Shown one piece after another: positions 61,201 to 64,000 of a stretch of 64,000 bases of DNA. Where the stretch lies: assembly GCA_964035545.1 (NCBI GenBank), contig OZ037768.1, forward strand, positions 9,208,741 to 9,272,740, given 5' to 3'. Made by a program: the position numbers and the translations under genes. The stretch comes from Bugula neritina (lineage: Eukaryota > Animalia > Bryozoa). The notes under the pieces were generated by a model. That model was not told the DNA's origin. It saw only the letters and a program-made list of their open reading frames with translations, and made no database searches. Position 1 is the stretch's first letter. Each line of letters begins with the position of its first letter.

Positions 61201-62787
61201 TCTTCTGGTGTTGAATGAACACATCTAATAAATCACAAGTTGTACCAAAAATACGGGCAGTTTAGCAGTTACTTGATCGCAACTAATTTTAATTTAATTA
61301 AATTTCTCATTGTCTCCTTGTGATTTTCTAAAATTACTTTAACTAAACTTCAAATTCAGTAACTTTTCCTACTAGTGTAAAATGTTAGGCTTGGAAAAGA
61401 TAGAAGAAACTTGTAATGGTCCTTGAAGATCATCCAACATAAATACTCACAAGCAACTTGTTTGGGAGGTTCAGTTTGTGAGGAGCTCTCCTCACTAGAT
61501 AGATTGACAGCAGCTGGTGGTCTGCCCTTTTTCTTGGCAGTAGTGTTCCTAACCTCTGTATCTAAAACAGAATGAATATACCTAATTAAATGTATTCTTA
61601 ATGAATAAATTTTCTAATACATAACTTTTCTGGAAATTAAAAAAATTAAAAAAAACCACAGGCTCTTATGGTTAATTTGTACAAGTGATCTCTTTCAAAA
61701 GAAGACAATTCCAAAACACTTGGCTCTTTAAATGTGTCAACTATAAATGTAATTCAGCCCTTGCATGTGAAAACGGATATGCCACTCACTCTAGCTAGGT
61801 TTGTAGATTTGATTTTTTTCAGATGCCTAAAGTAAAGCCATGCAAAGGCTTACTAGCAATTTTTAGAAAAAAAATAGCTATCAATTTATTTTAAGGCTTG
61901 AAATTTTTTGGCATACAGAAAAATTATATAGCTATAAAATGATTGGTAATTATTTGAATTACATTGGTCTAGAATTGAACTGTATTTTAGCCGCAGGTTA
62001 TAACTTTAATCTGAATTAGTGGATAGAGACGCATTGCATGACAAAATCTAAAGTGTTACCGAGAGTTTTGTCATCTGTTTTGTGTTTTCTGAGTGTCTCA
62101 AAATGTTTTGATTTACTAAATTTTTCCTTCTGTGGCTCTGCTTCGTTGGCAGAGTTCAAAGGTTTGTTAGGTGATTTGTGGTATCCTTCAGAATTACTTG
62201 AAGCTCGGTCTTTATATACTACTTTTTCTACAGTGTAAAATTGAGGGGATTGTACGCAGGGTTGCCAATGATAAATACACTAAAAACATGTTTTAACCAT
62301 TTAAATCAAATAACAATAATAACCATTTTAGCAATAGTTTTTAGTAATGGTAAAGTTTTATGAGTTGGACCTACTATGAGTTAGACTTACTATACGTTCT
62401 TGGATTAGCTGCAGTAGACTACTATTGCGCAGTGGAACTCGCCTATATATTTTTTTCAATTACAAGCATTGTGATTGTACGCATCAAACATAACGAACAT
62501 GCATAATCATATTGCGTCACTTTAATTTCACATCAATAAAATGCATTTCTCAACAGAATTTGACGTACAGCTTTCCAACTTTAATAAATAATATAACCAA
62601 TAAAACAATATAATATATTCAAGATTTAATTTGCTATAAAAAGATGAGAAAATGTTATATATATACCTTCTGAACTGGCTCCACTTGTCTTTTCATTTGC
62701 AGAGGTAAATCCGAAAGAATCAAGAGTGGATACCTTTTTGTATGGAGAAGATTTAGATTTTTTAGATAGATGCTTCATACGAGGCAT
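37274..62787 (-). CDS. trx: Histone H3K4 methyltransferase trithorax / KMT2A-KMT2B (MLL1/2) ortholog
   Basis: Ordered domains: AT-hooks (KKKGRPP ~61.5 kb, KKRGRPRK ~60.5 kb), C4 zinc finger (58.3-59.0 kb), CXXC ([28 protein letters not shown]), PHD1-3 (55.2-53.0 kb), bromo-like region (49-50 kb), extended PHD (48.4-47.7 kb), FYRN (47.3-47.0 kb), FYRC (40.0-39.5 kb), WIN motif GSARSEP (~38.95 kb), SET ([30 protein letters not shown]) and post-[19 protein letters not shown] at 62787 has an in-frame upstream stop. Confidence 0.95.
40225..40505. repeat. Intronic minisatellite, ~13-17 bp unit (ATACTGTAGAGAGAT)
   Basis: ~18 imperfect copies beginning next to a trx donor site (~40510). Confidence 0.9.
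41534..41636 (-). repeat. 29-bp tandem repeat of a trx splice acceptor
   Basis: CCCTACAATAA.. at 41534, 41563, 41592 and 41625 (last degenerate); minus strand reads ATTGTAG|GG. Confidence 0.8.
41986..42122. repeat. Intronic 14-bp minisatellite (ATAGACATAG + ATGA or AAGG)
   Basis: About 10 copies with two alternating 4-nt spacers. Confidence 0.9.
50533..51680. repeat. 33-bp minisatellite, ~35 copies, starting at a trx splice donor
   Basis: Unit GAAGTAGAAGAAACCTGCGAGTATAACATACAG; two 30-bp variants; a variant block recurs 591 bp apart (~50836 and ~51427). Confidence 0.97.
59355..59561. repeat. 33-bp minisatellite, 6 copies, built on a trx splice acceptor
   Basis: Unit GCTTCTACAAGTAATGGATTATTTAGAATATGT; abuts exon 59358-59254. 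Confidence 0.95.
60885..61105. repeat. Low-complexity CAGT-based repeat (CAGTACTTTCAGTGT)
   Basis: Imperfect tandem copies in a 5' intron of trx. Confidence 0.8.
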
Positions 62788-64000
62788 TTTTCCTCCTGCT
62801 TACTTCTCTATTACTCGTGCCCTATTGATTAAATTAAAATAATTTTTATTAATGCCTATATAAGTATGCGAATATAATTCATCAAAATATACGCAAGTAA
62901 TAAAAAAAAGTTCAACGGTACCAGAGCTATGAAAATAGATTAGCAAAAACACCAATTTGGTAGCACTAATACCTGCGTTTGACTACAATAATCATGGAAA
63001 TAATAGTCCTAACTAATTATAAGATAATCATCATCTTAAAAATATACTATAAAATTAAACATTAAAATTATTTATTTAATGTAAGAGAACTTTTTGCTTC
63101 TAAATGATAAGCTATTGCCATGGTTGATCGAAATGGGTGTCAACAATATAACTTCAATTAATGAGGTTAACCCATTGGTCCTCACATGGGAACTATCAAA
63201 TGACGCCAGTCTACTGCGGAGTTGTCTATTCGATGAAGTTGAAAGTCGTGTAATAAAAATGATTTTTGTTTAAAAAATTTTTTTAAATAAAGTCAAGTAT
63301 TTATATTTTGTTATTAATTTTCTTGTTACATAAAATTTGCAATTGGTCAAAATTAACAAAGAAAGATTACAGTTTTAGTTTAAGAAAGAATAATTGGACA
63401 CATCCGCTTGGCAAAATATTAGGGCGTTCAAATGATATTTATTTTAAGTTTTGTGGGCAGCTACAGAGTATAACAGAGACAAGAATAAGTTGAAGAATTT
63501 AGCTGAAGAAGACTAAAAAATACTTATATGACTATCAGAAAATAGGAAATTCTTTTTTGGGTTGTATAAATTTCAATTGTATTTTTTCAAGTTGTTAACA
63601 AATAAAGTCGATTGTAATGCATTTGAAATAAATGAAGCATATTCTGCTAAATAACTAGTTCCTGAAATATTTACACAATATATGTACTTGTAAATGATTT
63701 ATATAATATATCAATGATAACATATATACATATACATATATAGACAACCCCCATCCATTTAACTAATTTTGAGTAATCTTTCTGTTATGAGTAGCAAATA
63801 AATAAAGATATCACCAGTCTAAAGCTATTAAACATGTGAAGAATACGAAAGTGTTGTAGTGTCATACTAATTTGAACTGTTGGATGACACCCTCAAATCC
63901 AATTTTCATTTATATACGATATATTTGAATCCAATAGGTCAAATTGCATCAGTTAGACAACTTTAATAATTTTCATGCAAAAAATAGTGTTTGTTTTGTT

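Noticed and set aside
27564-62787. COMMD3 near trithorax as a parallel to the vertebrate COMMD3-BMI1 linkage
   Set aside because: Different partner gene, opposite strand and an intervening MARCH-like gene; probably coincidence.
63100-63270. Possible additional exon upstream of trx
   Set aside because: Slightly GC-richer with short open frames, but no recognisable peptide or convincing splice sites.

Overview
AT-rich, intron-rich eukaryotic (invertebrate-like) genomic DNA, not a prokaryotic locus. Joining exons by hand at GT/GC-AG sites gives six spliced genes: WDR24 (-, runs off the left edge), an MPLKIP/TTDN1-like gene (+), FAM172A/ARB2A (-), COMMD3 (+), a MARCH-type RING-CH E3 ligase (-) and a ~25 kb trithorax/KMT2A-B gene (-). 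Introns hold many small mobile elements: Harbinger-like and CMC-like MITEs, a three-level nest of DNA elements, several TG..CA solo LTRs and tRNA-derived SINE remnants. Most notable: (i) a 4x ~1 kb tandem array that multiplies a two-exon coding module in FAM172A, with GT>GC donor changes in two copies; (ii) several independent tandem repeats seeded on splice sites; (iii) a trithorax with AT-hooks, an NR-like zinc finger and CXXC, but apparently without an intact menin-binding motif or a Taspase1 site. Exon boundaries are manual and unconfirmed by transcript data; family assignments rest on recalled motifs, not database searches.
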